Shown here: positions 1 to 13,195 of the stretch, in pieces
Layout of the letters: each line of letters opens with the position of its first letter
How positions within the stretch are numbered: position 1 is the first letter of the stretch
Source of the DNA: Selaginella moellendorffii
Taxonomy: Eukaryota; Plantae; Lycopodiophyta
NCBI RefSeq assembly: GCF_000143415.4
Contig: NW_003314357.1
Location: forward strand, 124,001-188,000
DNA length: 64,000 bases
Direction: 5' to 3'
Notes under the pieces: generated by a model
What the model saw: only the letters and a program-made list of their open reading frames with translations
Databases searched by the model: none
Told to the model about the DNA's origin: nothing
Translations under genes and position numbers: made by a program

Positions 1-2242
1 AAGCAGTAACGACAACAAAGCATGGGAATGGATAGAATGGTTGGAGGGTGAAGATCAGGTTGATGCAGAGCGGTTATGGCAGCAGGTTTGAGAGACTGAG
101 TTAGCTACAATTGGCTGCATCTCTGTGGGTGGTTTACGTGCAGCTGGGAATCAGATCGATATAATAGTGTCTACTACATGGCCTCAGATAGGTTCAACAA
201 GTTGTATCTTGCAAGAAACAACAGCTCTCAAAGGAATGACAGGAAGGGCGTTGACCCCTGAAGAACTCAGGGCATGGCAGAAGGAGTATGCATTGGGAGT
301 TTATATCGAGGCCAGAGCATGCAACCTAGCAGCTGGTAGACACGCCCAACGTGGTTCCATGTTTCCTTTGCCTTCGCTGAAGGCTTTGCATGAAGACTTC
401 TTGGATGAGATATACCATGAAAAGGTTGAGCGCATTGATCAACAACCTGAAAAAGCTACAGGTGCATACAACCCACGACCGCTTTGCTTGGTAACGGACG
501 GTTGGAAGACAGTTAGTGGGTAGCATATTCAGAATATTATGATCGTTGATGCAACACACCATGAAGAGTTTTTTTATGGCTCATTTGAGTGTTGTGAATC
601 TTCAGGTATGCATTGTATTTTCATGTAACGTCCAATTAACTTGTTTGTTTTGCAATGCAACTGATATCTTGTATAGCAAATTGAAGAGTGTGGTTTCAGC
701 TATAAACACTCGGGTACTCACTGATGATGCAAATGTAGCCATAAACAACATCCCTGGCAATGGAAACACATTACATGATCAAATGTGGCATATAGAGAGG
801 AAGCGTGGATTATCAGCAATAGTAATGGATAATGCGGCCAACATGTAGCTTGTTGGATGCAAATTTGAAGTTGAGTTTGAAGATATGTGGAGTGTTCCAT
901 GCCAGTGTCATGCTCTGAACTTTGTACTAATGTCTTGGGCAGGTTTAGACAACATCAAACAATATCTGGACATAGGGAAGTGTATAGTTCAATTTGTGAA
1001 GAACTCCACTCGTGTGCATGCTTTTTATCAAGCTCAGCATCCTAAGCGGCAACTTGTCAAACCTGTCACTACTCGGTGAGTATTAGAGTTGTTAACTGTT
1101 TGTTACTGACTTTAACACTTTTTTTGTTTCTTTCACAGGTTTGGAACCTATTATTACATGCTCAGGTGATTATAGGAAGAGCATGGAGCATTGTAGAGGT
1201 TGTTTAGGAATACTGGATTTAAAGATTGGCTACGAAGCCAACCCGCAACAACAACAGACACTACTAACCAAGCCATGACGGCAGTGGAGGATTTTAATTT
1301 CTGGGCGGGTGTTGAGAAGGTGATGCAGTTGATGGAGCCGGTGGTCATGGCAATCAAGTTCTTTGATTGCTCAGCTTCAACCATTGGCTTTGTGTGGCAA
1401 GCATGGTGTTTTTTGAAGTTCAAGACAGCAGCAGTTACAAGTTTTAGTGCAGAGGACAAACAGTAGCTTGAAGACTTTCTGCAGAAATAGGAGGATCAGT
1501 ATATAAGATCCTGTGACTTGTTTGGGGCAGCCTGGTGTCTAAATCCGCGTTACAGGGAGGATAGGAACAGACAGGAAGCAACAGCAGCATTCAATCGTGT
1601 TCAACATCGTTTCTATCCAAATGTTGAAGATGCCCACAAGCTAAATCAGGAGTACTTTGCGTACGTCGATGGAACTAGCCCCTTTTCCATTGCAGACAGC
1701 TGTGATGCACAAGAATTGCTTGAGAAAGGCAAGGATGGAGATTCACCTTGGCATGTTTGGGCCTCTGCGGTCAGCTTCAGCTGTGACTCGGGGGCAATGC
1801 TTTGGAGGTTTGCATGCTATATTCTTGGTTTGACAACTTCGAATTCTGAGGCTGAGCAGAATTTTAGTACATACAGCAATGTCTTGACATTAAAGCGGAA
1901 CAAATAAGCCCTTTGTTCATTTATAAACATGAAGAACTTTTCTAACATTGGTGTCACTTGCCTGTATGTAGACTGCATCCAGAGCAGGCTGAGAAGCTCA
2001 TTCATATTTACCAAAACCATCGAATTTGGGATAGGAAGGAATCTGAAACTTCTATGTGGATTGGAGGAGAATTTGATATTCCAAAAGAGAATGACTCTCC
2101 AGTTGTAGGAGGCAATGGCACAGGCCACACAACCACAGGTTTCAGGTCCTATGCAGAAGTTGACGCTGATAATTCCATGTCTAAAGATGAAGATGATGAC
2201 TTCGATCGGGATTCTGATCTTAGGTTAGCTAATGGGAGGTAA
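1..2242 (+). pseudogene. Decayed hAT-superfamily transposase (DUF659-type core plus C-terminal dimerisation domain), intron-containing, many stops
   Basis: Collinear fragments LVTDGWK, PCQCHALNFVL, LVKPVTTR|F, AAWCLNPRY, LTTSNSEAEQNFS and RLHPEQAEKLIHIYQN match hAT motifs. Interrupted by stops and GT-AG introns. Confidence 0.8.
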
Positions 2243-3133
2243 GCTTCTTCGTTTACTTCTATCCAGGCTGATAGTATGCAAATACTATGCATAACAGTGA
2301 GATTAGTGGCCCTGGAGACGACATGGACTAGGTAACTGGTGTGGAGAGCTTACCTGCATCTCCCGTGCCTTGTCCTTTCAAGCACAAACGTCTAAATGAG
2401 GGAGATTTGAGTGCTGCTGCAATCAAAAAAAGGAAAATCTGTTTGTTAACTGATTTGGACCAGCCCGGTACCAGCAGTTTAGATGAAACGTGTATATACA
2501 TTCCCTAATGTCCCGTAGGGATTAATACAAAAACCGGGCATGCTACCCGAAGCTCATTCTACCTAGTGGAGATCTCCCTCATGTAAAGTGATACTAGGAC
2601 TGCAGTAGAAGCGGCTGCGGTAGTCTCTGTCGTATCATGTCCAGATCCAAGTCCCCCCTTCGTGCTGACTGCAAGATCGATTCCGGGGGGTGCCATCTCC
2701 ACTGAACCTTATTGTGTTCTCCTTCACCAAAACATGGCAACCATGCTTGCTGCCACTCCTCAAGCCTCTGGTACCAGCAGTTTAGAGCAACAACTAGCGT
2801 CACTTGAAATTTCTCATGAATTTCCTGACATTGACATTGTTGAAGCTAGCACGTGCTGTTTTTTAATTTTTGGCTGCTTAAGGAAATTGTTGGCCTGGCC
2901 ACTGCGACAAACTTTTCAAATAAATAACACTAATTTGTATTAAAGCTTAACATTTTTTCTGCCAAAAAACCATTTCAAATGGCTTTTTGGTGGCCGAAAT
3001 AAAAATTGGATGAATTTTATTGAATCAATCTCTCTTACACTTGACAATATGGCATTAGAGGGTGTTTGACATCCAGGATGATGAGGAGACAGAGGCAGTG
3101 TATAATGCATAGGCATGAGCAGCAGCGTACTAT

Positions 3134-3990
3134 GTGGAGCACTCGGTTCATGAGAACCAAGTGGATAAGAGCACGATGCCACAGCCTCCTCCTCTTAATC
3201 CTCCTCCTCACCCTCCCCTTCTTCAAATTGTTCCCCCATACCGCTTTTTATCAATCTGGAAAAGAGAAATCAAATATTACCTCCTAGACCTTGAACAAGC
3301 CGAGCAGGACAAATGGGCTGCGCTCAATGATAAAGCCCTGGGCTTCTAGGAGGGCATGGGCCACCCTCACAGCAATCCACGAGCAGCAGAAACCAGCTAA
3401 TCGCACACAGCTTCACAGGAAGCTTTACTCCATGCCGATGTCTGAGGCTGATGACCAGTTGCTTCAATCAACAGCACTTGGCGAGAAGTGATAACACTGC
3501 CTTGCACCGTAAGACGAGGGAGAAGATCCAAGACTTCTTCCTACAACACCACCTGAAAGACAGGCAAGAAGAAAACATCACGATCTAATGAGAGTCCTTC
3601 TAGCTCGACCAAGAAGTTCGACCCATGCCCGCACTGCTCACAGGGAGCCCAATTGTCCAATGACGAACGCTAATTCATCAACCCGATGCAACTAATTTTG
3701 TTACTGTACATTCTCTTTACATTGCTTCTCAGTATGGTACCTCAACCAGTGATTTGTAGCTGCCTGCCATCCCTACTGCAATGGTAGATGGTGGATTGAC
3801 TTCTAGCGTTTTGAATTGAGCGGTTTTAGTACCACTATCCATGATGTGTACCTTGTTCCAAAGTAAGTGTGAACTTGCTCTCTATTGCCCTGGACCAGCT
3901 CGAGTTGTGGCATCAGCATATTGGACATGCCGCATTGCTCAGCTTGCCATAGTCTTGTCAAATGCCTCCAAGTTACACGTCCTAAAATGA
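3134..3990 (+). mobile_element. Ty1/Copia gag and GAG-pre-integrase remnant
   Basis: FLSIWKREIKYYL...WAALNDKALGF...AWATLTAIHEQQKPANRTQLHRKLYSMPM (UBN2-type gag). LELWHQHIGH near 3900 matches the LWHxRLGH motif. Frameshifted. Confidence 0.65.
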
Positions 3991-5761
3991 AAGCAAACGC
4001 TTACCCTAAACCCTAAACTGATAATCTATATGGTCGTGCATGAGAAACCTGATGTGCCACTTTCCACCGCACCAAGAACAGAGAAGTGTGCTCCAATAGA
4101 TAGAAACCATCTCCAAACGGCTGACATGGCCAATCATGTTGCCTTGTTGAGAGAAATCCTGATACATAGTGAAAGGATGGAGAAGAGAGATGGAATCGGC
4201 CATAGCTGAGCAAGGAAGGAGAAAAAGAGAGAGAGGTGTAGGAAAATAAGAAAACATAACCCTACCTTTAGTTCCTGGTCTTGTTTATATAGTCTCGTCT
4301 TGCTCCTCGTTTTGGAAATTGCAACTGAGCTGGCAACCATCACACTTGAATGTATGAATCTTTTGGTGTGAAAAAGTAAGAACAAGGTTTCCAGCTAAAC
4401 ATGAAAGAACATACCACTGAAAGATCAAAGATCAGTGCATCTGGAAGCACAGCACCAAGATGCCATCATAGTCTTCGAGCCGTTTAAGCTCGATAGTGCC
4501 TGGAAAGAATAAATTGGAAGATAATTTAGTACGAGAAAGACAAGAAAAAAAACCGGAGAGAGAAGCACAAACATGTAAGCTAGAAGCCATTGCTTATTAC
4601 AAAGAATGCTGATGTGATGCATTCACGTTTGTGTCTCGTGTTTGCCTCTCAATTCCTCTTTTGTCTGATTCTATGAGGAATTTAGACAGTAAAATACATG
4701 AAGAAGGAGTGGACGCTCAAACCACCAAACGTGCAGATTGACAGGCTGGAAAATTGCCTAACTTGCGTCAACTAGTCTCAAGCTGCTTAGAATGCTCATT
4801 CAAAACCTGCTCAAACAGATCATTCTGCAAGATTGTTGATGTAAGAAGACGGTCTAAAAGCTCACATTGAACACTGACTCGGAGCTTGAGGCACAGCTGT
4901 GCATAAATCTAATCCTCATCAAGGGGAAACGAAGTGAGAAAAGACAAAATCATGATATCATTAGTATTGTCCAGAAAATGTAAAACTTCTGAATATATAT
5001 AAAATATTAATGCTAGACAATTCCTGGAATCAATAATGTCATTCAATTTTTTCTCTTTAAATTTTATATATATATATATATTATAGAACATAGAACTTTT
5101 AGGAATATGAATATATTTAGAACACTTATATTTTAAGAGAAAAAAAGTACAAAATGAATTGCTAAGACTAAATATTTTTTAAAGATATTAGATGCAAAGT
5201 ATAAGCCAAGAATATTATCAAATTTCTAACATTAAGAATTCAAGCACACTAATATATTAGATAATAAACTAGTAAAAGCACAAGTGCTAAACATATATTT
5301 ATTAATTATATGTTAATGCACAGTATGGTTACTTGGGATATAAGAAAATTTAGAATACTAAGATCTTAAGAACACTAATATATTATTACCCAAACTCAAA
5401 CAAAATCAAAAGAAGTATTATTAAGAATAGTTTTTATTAATATAAAGAACAAGATTTAAGAACATTGATATTACTCAAAGCCAGACAAAGTCTAAAAGTA
5501 AAGAATATTAGCTTTGTGAGGTTTATTTTTCAGTGTTACAAACAAATGCATGGAGCACTTTTTTGCCACATCATTGAGCACATATTCCTCACACTTTCTT
5601 CACTCCACAACATAGTCACAGTCAACAGTGTGGCATCACCTTCTTCTCTCACCCCAGGCAATTGGCCACCACCCATTGGCTGAGAGTAAACATTAGCACG
5701 ATTATTCGCTTAAATGTGGTTTATTCGCTAAGACGTGGTTAAAGAAATAACCCTTCTACAA

Positions 5762-6780
5762 CCGAGGCCACAATCACCGGATCCACCATCAGCTCCAAAG
5801 AAAGGGGACACCTGAAATCTGCTGGGATAGGCACACCCCAAGCCTTGTCATCGTCGTCTATTTCACTCAGCAGTTGAGTGAAGAGCAACAAGACGTCCTG
5901 TATCTTGGCCTTTTGGTCCTCCGAGGCAGCATTCTCCCCCTCTTTCTGCAAAGCTTCCAGCTCCTTCCCTAGGCTATTGTTGCATCTGATCCCCACCTTG
6001 CTTGCAATGCTCTGGAGCTTGTTTCTCCCAACGGCTTTCCCATGTCTATGTTGCAAGAGCATTGTGTCGATTTCCTCGGCTAGCCTGGCATCGGACACGT
6101 CTACAAAGTAGCTACTATTTCCACCAGCCTGCAAGACTGTCGTTTCGTTAAGGAGTTACTATCTGTAAAGAATGTGAGAGGTGCTTGCCTTGTGAGGAAA
6201 ATTCTTCAAGGCGTGCTCGATTTGCAGCGTCACTTCCTTAAATCTTGTAGTGAAAAGCTGGCAACGCCATACCTGGAAGGAAATCTCGGTACTAAGCTAA
6301 CTTTTCAAGGCTTTCACTATTAAGCTTACCTTGTATATCTTGCTTCCCGACATGTCCAACAAGACCTTAGCTCCTTGAAGCGCATTTTCAAGAGATCGAG
6401 CCCTTTCTCCTGCGATCGCAGATGAATCCCCCTCAGCCAGCACTGCCGCTATGGACTTGAGATATACTAGAAGCTGCAGCTGATGCGACGACAGCGAGTG
6501 CCTGCCAGAAGTGCGCAGTGCCACGATTCGCCTCCATTCCCGAAATATTTCTTTCCCGCGCTCACCACCTGGACTATAGGGAAGTTCTGTGGAGCATTCT
6601 CACTCCATACCCACTCACCCTAGGAAGGCCGATCGAGGCGAGGGGATCCATTGGCGGCGATGCACACCCTAGCGACTGCTAGCGGCTGCTGTGCAGTGCT
6701 CCGCTGTGGAGCTGCTGAGGGCAGCAATTCGTATAAAATAACAAACGTACACGTCAGCTCCAAGCAAGATGATTCTTTGT
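5762..6780 (-). pseudogene. 5' partial duplicate of the U-box/ARM gene at 21845-23960
   Basis: Near-identical to ~23106-24200 including introns and upstream region. Homology stops at PVIVAS inside the U-box. A ~77-bp deletion in exon 1 shifts the frame. Confidence 0.9.
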
Positions 6781-7189
6781 AAAGAATATGAAATCCATCA
6801 AATAATATCTCTTTTAAAAAGTTATAATATATTTAAAATATGCTTAGATATTCTAAAATATTTACTTATCTAATGGTTATTATTTATTTATATTAATTTA
6901 TATTTGTAAAGTCTGTAAATACATATATGTATATACATATATTACTCTGGCTAGGTAAAACATTAATTATAGTACTATAGCATATGAACCAGATTGAATT
7001 TAGTCCATCAATTATTATATATAAGTAACAGTCTAAACCCCAATTAATATAATTAATCCTATATCCCGAGCATTCACATTGATGGAGATGCAGTTTGTCC
7101 TTAAAAGGCAAAACTTTTTGGTAGTGCTTTGCTATTGTGAATGTGACTGTAGGTATCAAAATTATTTGTCGGTGAGTCATTTTATATAT

Positions 7190-8465
7190 TCTTTACTGCC
7201 ATGATGGCAAGAAGTTGGTATTGCTAGTTCCCTTTTCATAAACCCTCTATGTGCCAAGTGTCATATATCACATGTCCAAGGGTAACAAAGCGGAACTTGA
7301 GTTTTAGGATTGATATCGAATTTCATTAGTTTCAATGAAGATAATGTTGATAGTTTGGCATTACCTTTATGTTATTGGTATTTGTGCATTTGCTAGTTAG
7401 CAACTATATTAGTGTTCAAATGAACTAAGTAGCAAGTTGAGCTAATCTTATTTTAGACAAGATTGCTTAGTAAAAGTTGAGCTTTGGCTTTTCCTTGAAA
7501 ACGTGATTTAATTATGAACTATACTAACTTTACGAGAAAGAGTTAGTGATCAATATTTAAGTTTTTGATTCCTTGCTAAATTTGAGTTGGGATATATCAA
7601 TCAGTGATGATTTTTTTTATGCTTGTAATGAAGTGAGTTATATTTTGCTATAGAAGATGGATTTATAAAAGATTATTTGGTAATCACTTATTGAGTATAG
7701 CTTCATTGTGTTTGGTTTTTGAATTGATGCATATATATTCTTCATTAGTTTTTGTATTATGAAGTTTAGCTTATAGATATGTTAAGGAGGATATTGTGGG
7801 TTATACTACAATATCTTCTTTGGCATTGACATTAGTTCATGCAAAACTTGTGATTTATATAAATAAAACTTAGCTATAGCTTCTTTGAGCCTTTATGCTC
7901 ATTATTCCATTTGTTAGGAGTTGTTAGGGAAGGCATTTTTGCTCATTAGCTTTAATGTTGAAGTTAGTATTTGCATTTGACAATTATTGGTGATTATTAA
8001 CTGTTATTTAGAAAAGTTGATTATCCTTGTCAAACGTTTTACTTGATTATTTTTTATATAGAATAATTTACTGTTCTTTAAACTAGTGGATTATTTTTTC
8101 TACGATAATTATACATCTCTTTATTGATGAGATGATTGATGATCTTTCATGATAATTAGTTATTCTCTTTGATAGTCTATGGTTTTTCACATTACCATAT
8201 ATTTTTATAGTTTACTCTAAATTGGTTTCTTGGGTTTGAGATATTGGAAGGATGTTGCTAACACTTACTTAAGCAACTTGAGTTCCTTTATATTGTTGAC
8301 TAGGATCTATTTAAATTGGCTAATGCAATAATTGGCATAAATATTATATTTGTTGGTTTTGTAATATTCATTTTGTTTTGATAATTGTTGCTACAGTTGG
8401 TTCTGATAGATTGAATATTATTTTATTTGGGTGATACATTCATGAATATTTTGTTTGTCTATCAG
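7190..8465 (+). mobile_element. Old AT-decayed copy of family-A LTR element (left part)
   Basis: ~7860-8460 is the degenerate reverse complement of ~14760-15400. LTR scraps at 7191-7310. Confidence 0.7.
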
Positions 8466-8966
8466 TGTAGTGCACGTGGTTTTGACCCTTTATCCTATGG
8501 TGATTTACCATAGGATAACACCACAAAGCGGAACCTAAACCCTCTTTGTGCCACGTGACAGATGCCACATGTCACATACCACGTGTCCAAAGGAACATGG
8601 TGCGGAACTTGAGGTTTAGGGCCTTGGGCCACTGAACGAAGGAATGGTGCCAAACTCCCAAGCGTGAAGCCAAGGAGTGATGGAATTAGACCACGGAGCA
8701 ACTCCCGAGCATATAGCCCAACGAGCGAAGGGACATGAGCCTAGAGCGACTTGGAATAGTCCTGGAGCAACCAACATCCCAATGCCAAGACTAGCACGCA
8801 AAACGGAGCCAAATGGAGTTTGGCGCTATTTTGGCATACTGGTGGCCTAACGTGAGGATATGGGTACTCCACCAACTAGCATGGAATGGAACTTGGGCTT
8901 AGACCTAAGCCGGACGCAGAACAAGGACAGGCACGCAAGCGGGAGCTAGACTATGCCTCAGGTTGG

Positions 8967-11900
8967 TGTAGGCGACTAATTTTTCCATTCTACTTTAGTC
9001 ACTTAACCACACCTCGGACCACTTGGAGGAGTCTCATTCACAACCTCCATTAGTCCAATTCAGGACTTGGGACTTGCTAGCCCCAAGAATGGCATCCATG
9101 CCACTCAACACTTGCACCTGGTCCGAGTGCTCCACGTGTCCGGTCCTGAGACCGACACCCAAAGGTACCACTGACATCTCGGCCCGTTACGCTAAGGCCA
9201 TGCCCATTCACCTTTGCTGCACTAGTGGTTCAACACCACTTGCATCACCACCTTGTCTCTCCAAGACTGGGCCATGTGTCCACGAGTGGTCATCCTAGAT
9301 CCACTCCTTAGCATCCTTAGGATGCCCACAGACCTGGGGAATTGCCTTCCCCAAAGTCCCTTTGTCAGTTCCTACCAAGTCCCTTTCTGCCCCTGGCCGT
9401 GTTTGCCAACACTGCCACTGGATCGAGGCCCACAGGCCCGACCACTAAGTCCCACGGTCCTCTGGGACTTCCTCACCACACGACTGTGTCCTTGGTCACT
9501 ACCCCAGAGGACTGCTCCTCTTCCTTTCCACAGTCTGGGCCTTTGGGACGACATTTCGGAACACCGTGGCCTTACGCGAGCCACCTGGGTACTCTCCCCA
9601 CTTATCGCCTTTAGGTGCTCTAGCCATGGGCTTAGAGCGAGGTTCCGTTGAGCCACGCCTGGTATCCAAGTAGGTAGTGCCACCCACACTTGGACTGGGA
9701 GCATCGGCCAGTCGATCTCCCGGGGGAACTAGAGCCGTCTCTTGAACACTTCACCAAGCTACCCCGCTTGTCGGTCCGTATTCACTCTAGTCTTGGACTT
9801 CCCAGTGGTCAGTTCATCACCCAACACTGGGTCTGGCCTTCCTGGGCCAAACTGGCCTTTCCTGGCCAAACTGGCTCCACTGCAGTCCTCCCCCTACTAT
9901 ACTTTTGGGGCTCACCAAACCCCCCAGGGTCTGGGAGACGAACGCTTTGGGCTTTCACCCTCTCAGGCTCCGGACTCGGACTCGGACTCGGACTCGGACT
10001 CGGACTCGGATTCGGACTCGGACTCGGGCTAGGGCTCGGTCTCGGCCTTGGCCTCGGTCTCGGTCTCGGTCCCGATCTCGGTCTCGGTCTCGGTCTCGGT
10101 CCCGGTCTCGGTCCCGGTCTCGGTCTCGGTCTCGACTTCGGACTCCATCTCGGACTCCATCTCGGACTCCATCTCGGGTCCATCTCGGGTCCATCTCGGA
10201 CTCCATCTCGGACTCCATCTCGGGTCCATCTCGGACTCCATCTCGGACTCCATTTCGGGTCCACCTCGGGTCCACCTCGGACTCCATCTCAGACTCCATC
10301 TCAGACTCCATCTCGGGTCCATCTCGGGTCCATCTCGGACTCCATCTCGGACTCCATCTCGGGTCCATCTCGGACTCCATCTCGGACTCCATTTCGGGTC
10401 CACCTCGGGTCCACCTCGGACTCCATCTTGGACTCCATCTCGGACTCCATCTCGGGTCCATCTCGGACTCCACTTCGGACTCCAACTCGGGTCCATCTCG
10501 GGTCCACCTCGGACTCCATCTCGGACTCCATCTCGGACTCCATCTCGGACTCCACTTCGGACTCCAACTCGGGTCCATCTCGGGTCCACCTCGGACTCCA
10601 CTTCGGACTCCAACTCGGGTCCATCTCGGACTCCACTTCGGACTCCAACTCGAGTCCATTTCAGACACTCCCACGTGTCATGTGTTGGTCCTTTTGGGTC
10701 CCTTTTTGGAGCCTCGCCTTTTGCTTGCTTCGTGCTCGTTCCTTGAGCACTTCGTTGGGAGTTCCACTCCCGCTCTTGACTTTTCAAGTCGGAGCTTTTG
10801 GTCCAAACGTGTTACGCTCGTTTGGCTCTCGCTTCGGCCACTACCATGTGGCGCCCTTCCGGCTCCACTTTGGGGCCTAGGGATTTCTGTCTCACAACTC
10901 CACCACCCATAGACGAAGTTCGATGTCCTCATCGAACGGTAAACCATTTTGTAAAGTAACACTCGTATGTGTTACCATTTCCATCCTTGGCACCTAGCCA
11001 ATATTTGTCAATGGTTTGACATTGAAGGCTCACCATGCCTTTTACATATGCCTCAATGGTTTGACACCAAAGGCTCACCATGCCTTGCCTATCCTCTAAG
11101 GAGGGTAGTCTCCCCAACTTAGAGACTGATTGGACCACAAGGAGTGGTTCTCTCCTTTTATTGGTTTAGTTCTCGCTAAACCTCTTAGAGACCCTTCTCT
11201 AAGTCAATCCCACTACTCCTTCTCGAGTAGTCTCAATTTCCATCGATATAACCTTTGCACTTTGGAACTTTGAATTTTGACTTCTTGGAGTCAATTTCCT
11301 AGGTGTCTCCGACACCTTGCCTTGCACCTTTTGTGCAACTCCACTTCCCATCCTAGGAAGTTCTCTACTCGAGGGCACCATCATCCTCTCTTCTATTTCG
11401 TGCCAAAGTTCCAGTTATCATACTTTGTGTTAGGGCCGTTCATCGCCCTATCATTTGGCTACCTTACCGCTCCCTCCCTTGGAGCTTCCACTTTTGCCAA
11501 ATCGGAGCAATTCGGAATCCCTCCTTGGAAACACACTTCCTTTCCCGCAACTTGTTAGCGTCCAACACATTAGTGTTCCTCGCCTAACTTTGTCACTTGG
11601 ATTCCTTCCAAGGGATTCCACGGCCCTATCTTGGCCATTCATCTTTTGCTCCTATCCGTTGATTGTTGCACCAAGCAACATTGAATCTCTACCTCCCTCC
11701 TTGAGGTATTGTTTCGGTTCCATAGCAAAGACTCTTCTTTGCCAAGTCCGGAGGATGTTCACCCCTAGTACGTCTCTTTAGCATCTTCTGCTATGGGCTC
11801 TATCCACGGCCCAACTTCGTGACCCTCCCATGGGTCTTTTATAGAGACTACTTTCCTCGGACTCACTATGCCATCGCACGGACATAGTTTATTTCCCTTA

Positions 11901-13195
11901 GGTGCTCTTCCCACTTGGTTATCACGACCAAGCCACACCACCTTAAACAGTTCAATCTCAACATTTTGAACCAGGAACTTCATTCCTTAGCCAACCAAGG
12001 ACCTTGTCCTTTTCTGGCCATAAGATCACCTAGTGATCTCACCTTGGCACCTTAACAGAGTTGCCAAGAGGTACTTGGTTTTCTAGACCTCCAAGTTGTT
12101 GACTATAACCCCGGGGGCATCCCCCACACTTGGCGGTGCACCCAAGCTAGCCCTTACGGCCAAGGGTTCATAGCAACTGAGATTAGGTGTCCCCATCTCA
12201 CTCACCACGACCTTGGTGCCACTTGCACCAAAGTGTTCAAGTTAGATATGCTGAGCTTTCACACTAAGCAATCTAACCGTGCATCACGACTCCGAGGCAT
12301 CCCTCGCTTGGCGGTGTGCCCAAACCAGTCTCCCCACTGAGAGTCCATGACCACCGAAATATGAGTGTCCTCATATTCCAAACCATCACCACGCCCTAGT
12401 GATTTGGGACTCGAACCCAAGCACTAGAGGGTCGGGACTCGAACCCAACCTCCGTATATGCATCTACGGACGGCATCACACTAGATGCCTGGCATGACTC
12501 CCCACGCCGGTGCACCAACCTATTTTTAAAGCGCGCTACAGATCACAGCTTAGGAACCTAGTTCCTCCACACTGCCAAGTCCTCTCACTTGACATGTCTG
12601 TGATCATGCATGGACTCCTCCATGCTCGGCCCCATGGCCCACCCTTTTTGAAGTTATCACCTTCAACTAGGGTCTTTATTCCCCCGACGTGCCAATCTCA
12701 CTTGGCAAGTCCTCCGACCATTGTAACATGGTTCCTGCATAAGCGTGAAAGTCCTTGACCATCGACTTTCGTTCAAAGCCCTCTCTTTGAACACTCGGGA
12801 ACTACTTCCCTAACCTTGATAACCTTGCCTCATGGCAAGCTTCAAGACCACGCTTCTGCTGCGCCACTCTGATTTCGCGCGTTCCATGAACCATTTACAC
12901 TTGGCCTTTCTAGGTACTACGCTACCTAGAATCGTCTTTGGGAACCTTGAAGGAACTCTGTCCCTCAGCTTGCTAAGGCCTCCCCTTTCGCAAGCTTTAT
13001 AGTTGCCATATAGTCTAACATGGACAATTCCATATTTTAGACTCTCCATGGCATCACGGTTGCTAGCAACAACATCCTCGAGCACCCTCTTGATTCCCCA
13101 CTCCCAACTTTCATAACCACTATTGGATATGCCCTTTGATTTCTATGGTTCAATTCCATCCCAATACTACTTGCTTTTGGCTTCACACCTTTCCA
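8967..13195 (-). mobile_element. Truncated LTR element nested in the 3' LTR of family A (its LTR ~8967-10896 plus degenerate internal region)
   Basis: Begins TGTAGG and ends CTCACA at 10896. It is followed by a PPT-like GGGTGGTGGAGT (minus strand) and a pre-PPT motif resembling that of family A. It shares the CCCTACTATA...GCTTTGGGCTTTCACCC block with family-A LTRs. Confidence 0.65.
9970..10660. repeat. Minisatellite built from GGACTC/GGTCTC hexamers and GGACTCCATCTC / GGGTCCATCTC 11-12-mers
   Basis: Directly visible tandem array; gives repetitive ORFs in several frames. Confidence 0.95.

Noticed and set aside
5050-5480. AT-rich degenerate repeats (AAGAACACTAATATATTA-like)
   Set aside because: Too decayed to define a unit or termini; likely TE debris.
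9970-10660. CRISPR-like array
   Set aside because: No unique spacers; units are 6-12 bp; eukaryotic LTR context.
9690-10912. Long RS/GL/SD-repeat ORFs (up to 396 aa) on both strands
   Set aside because: Products of a stop-free minisatellite that is open in several frames; no domain evidence.
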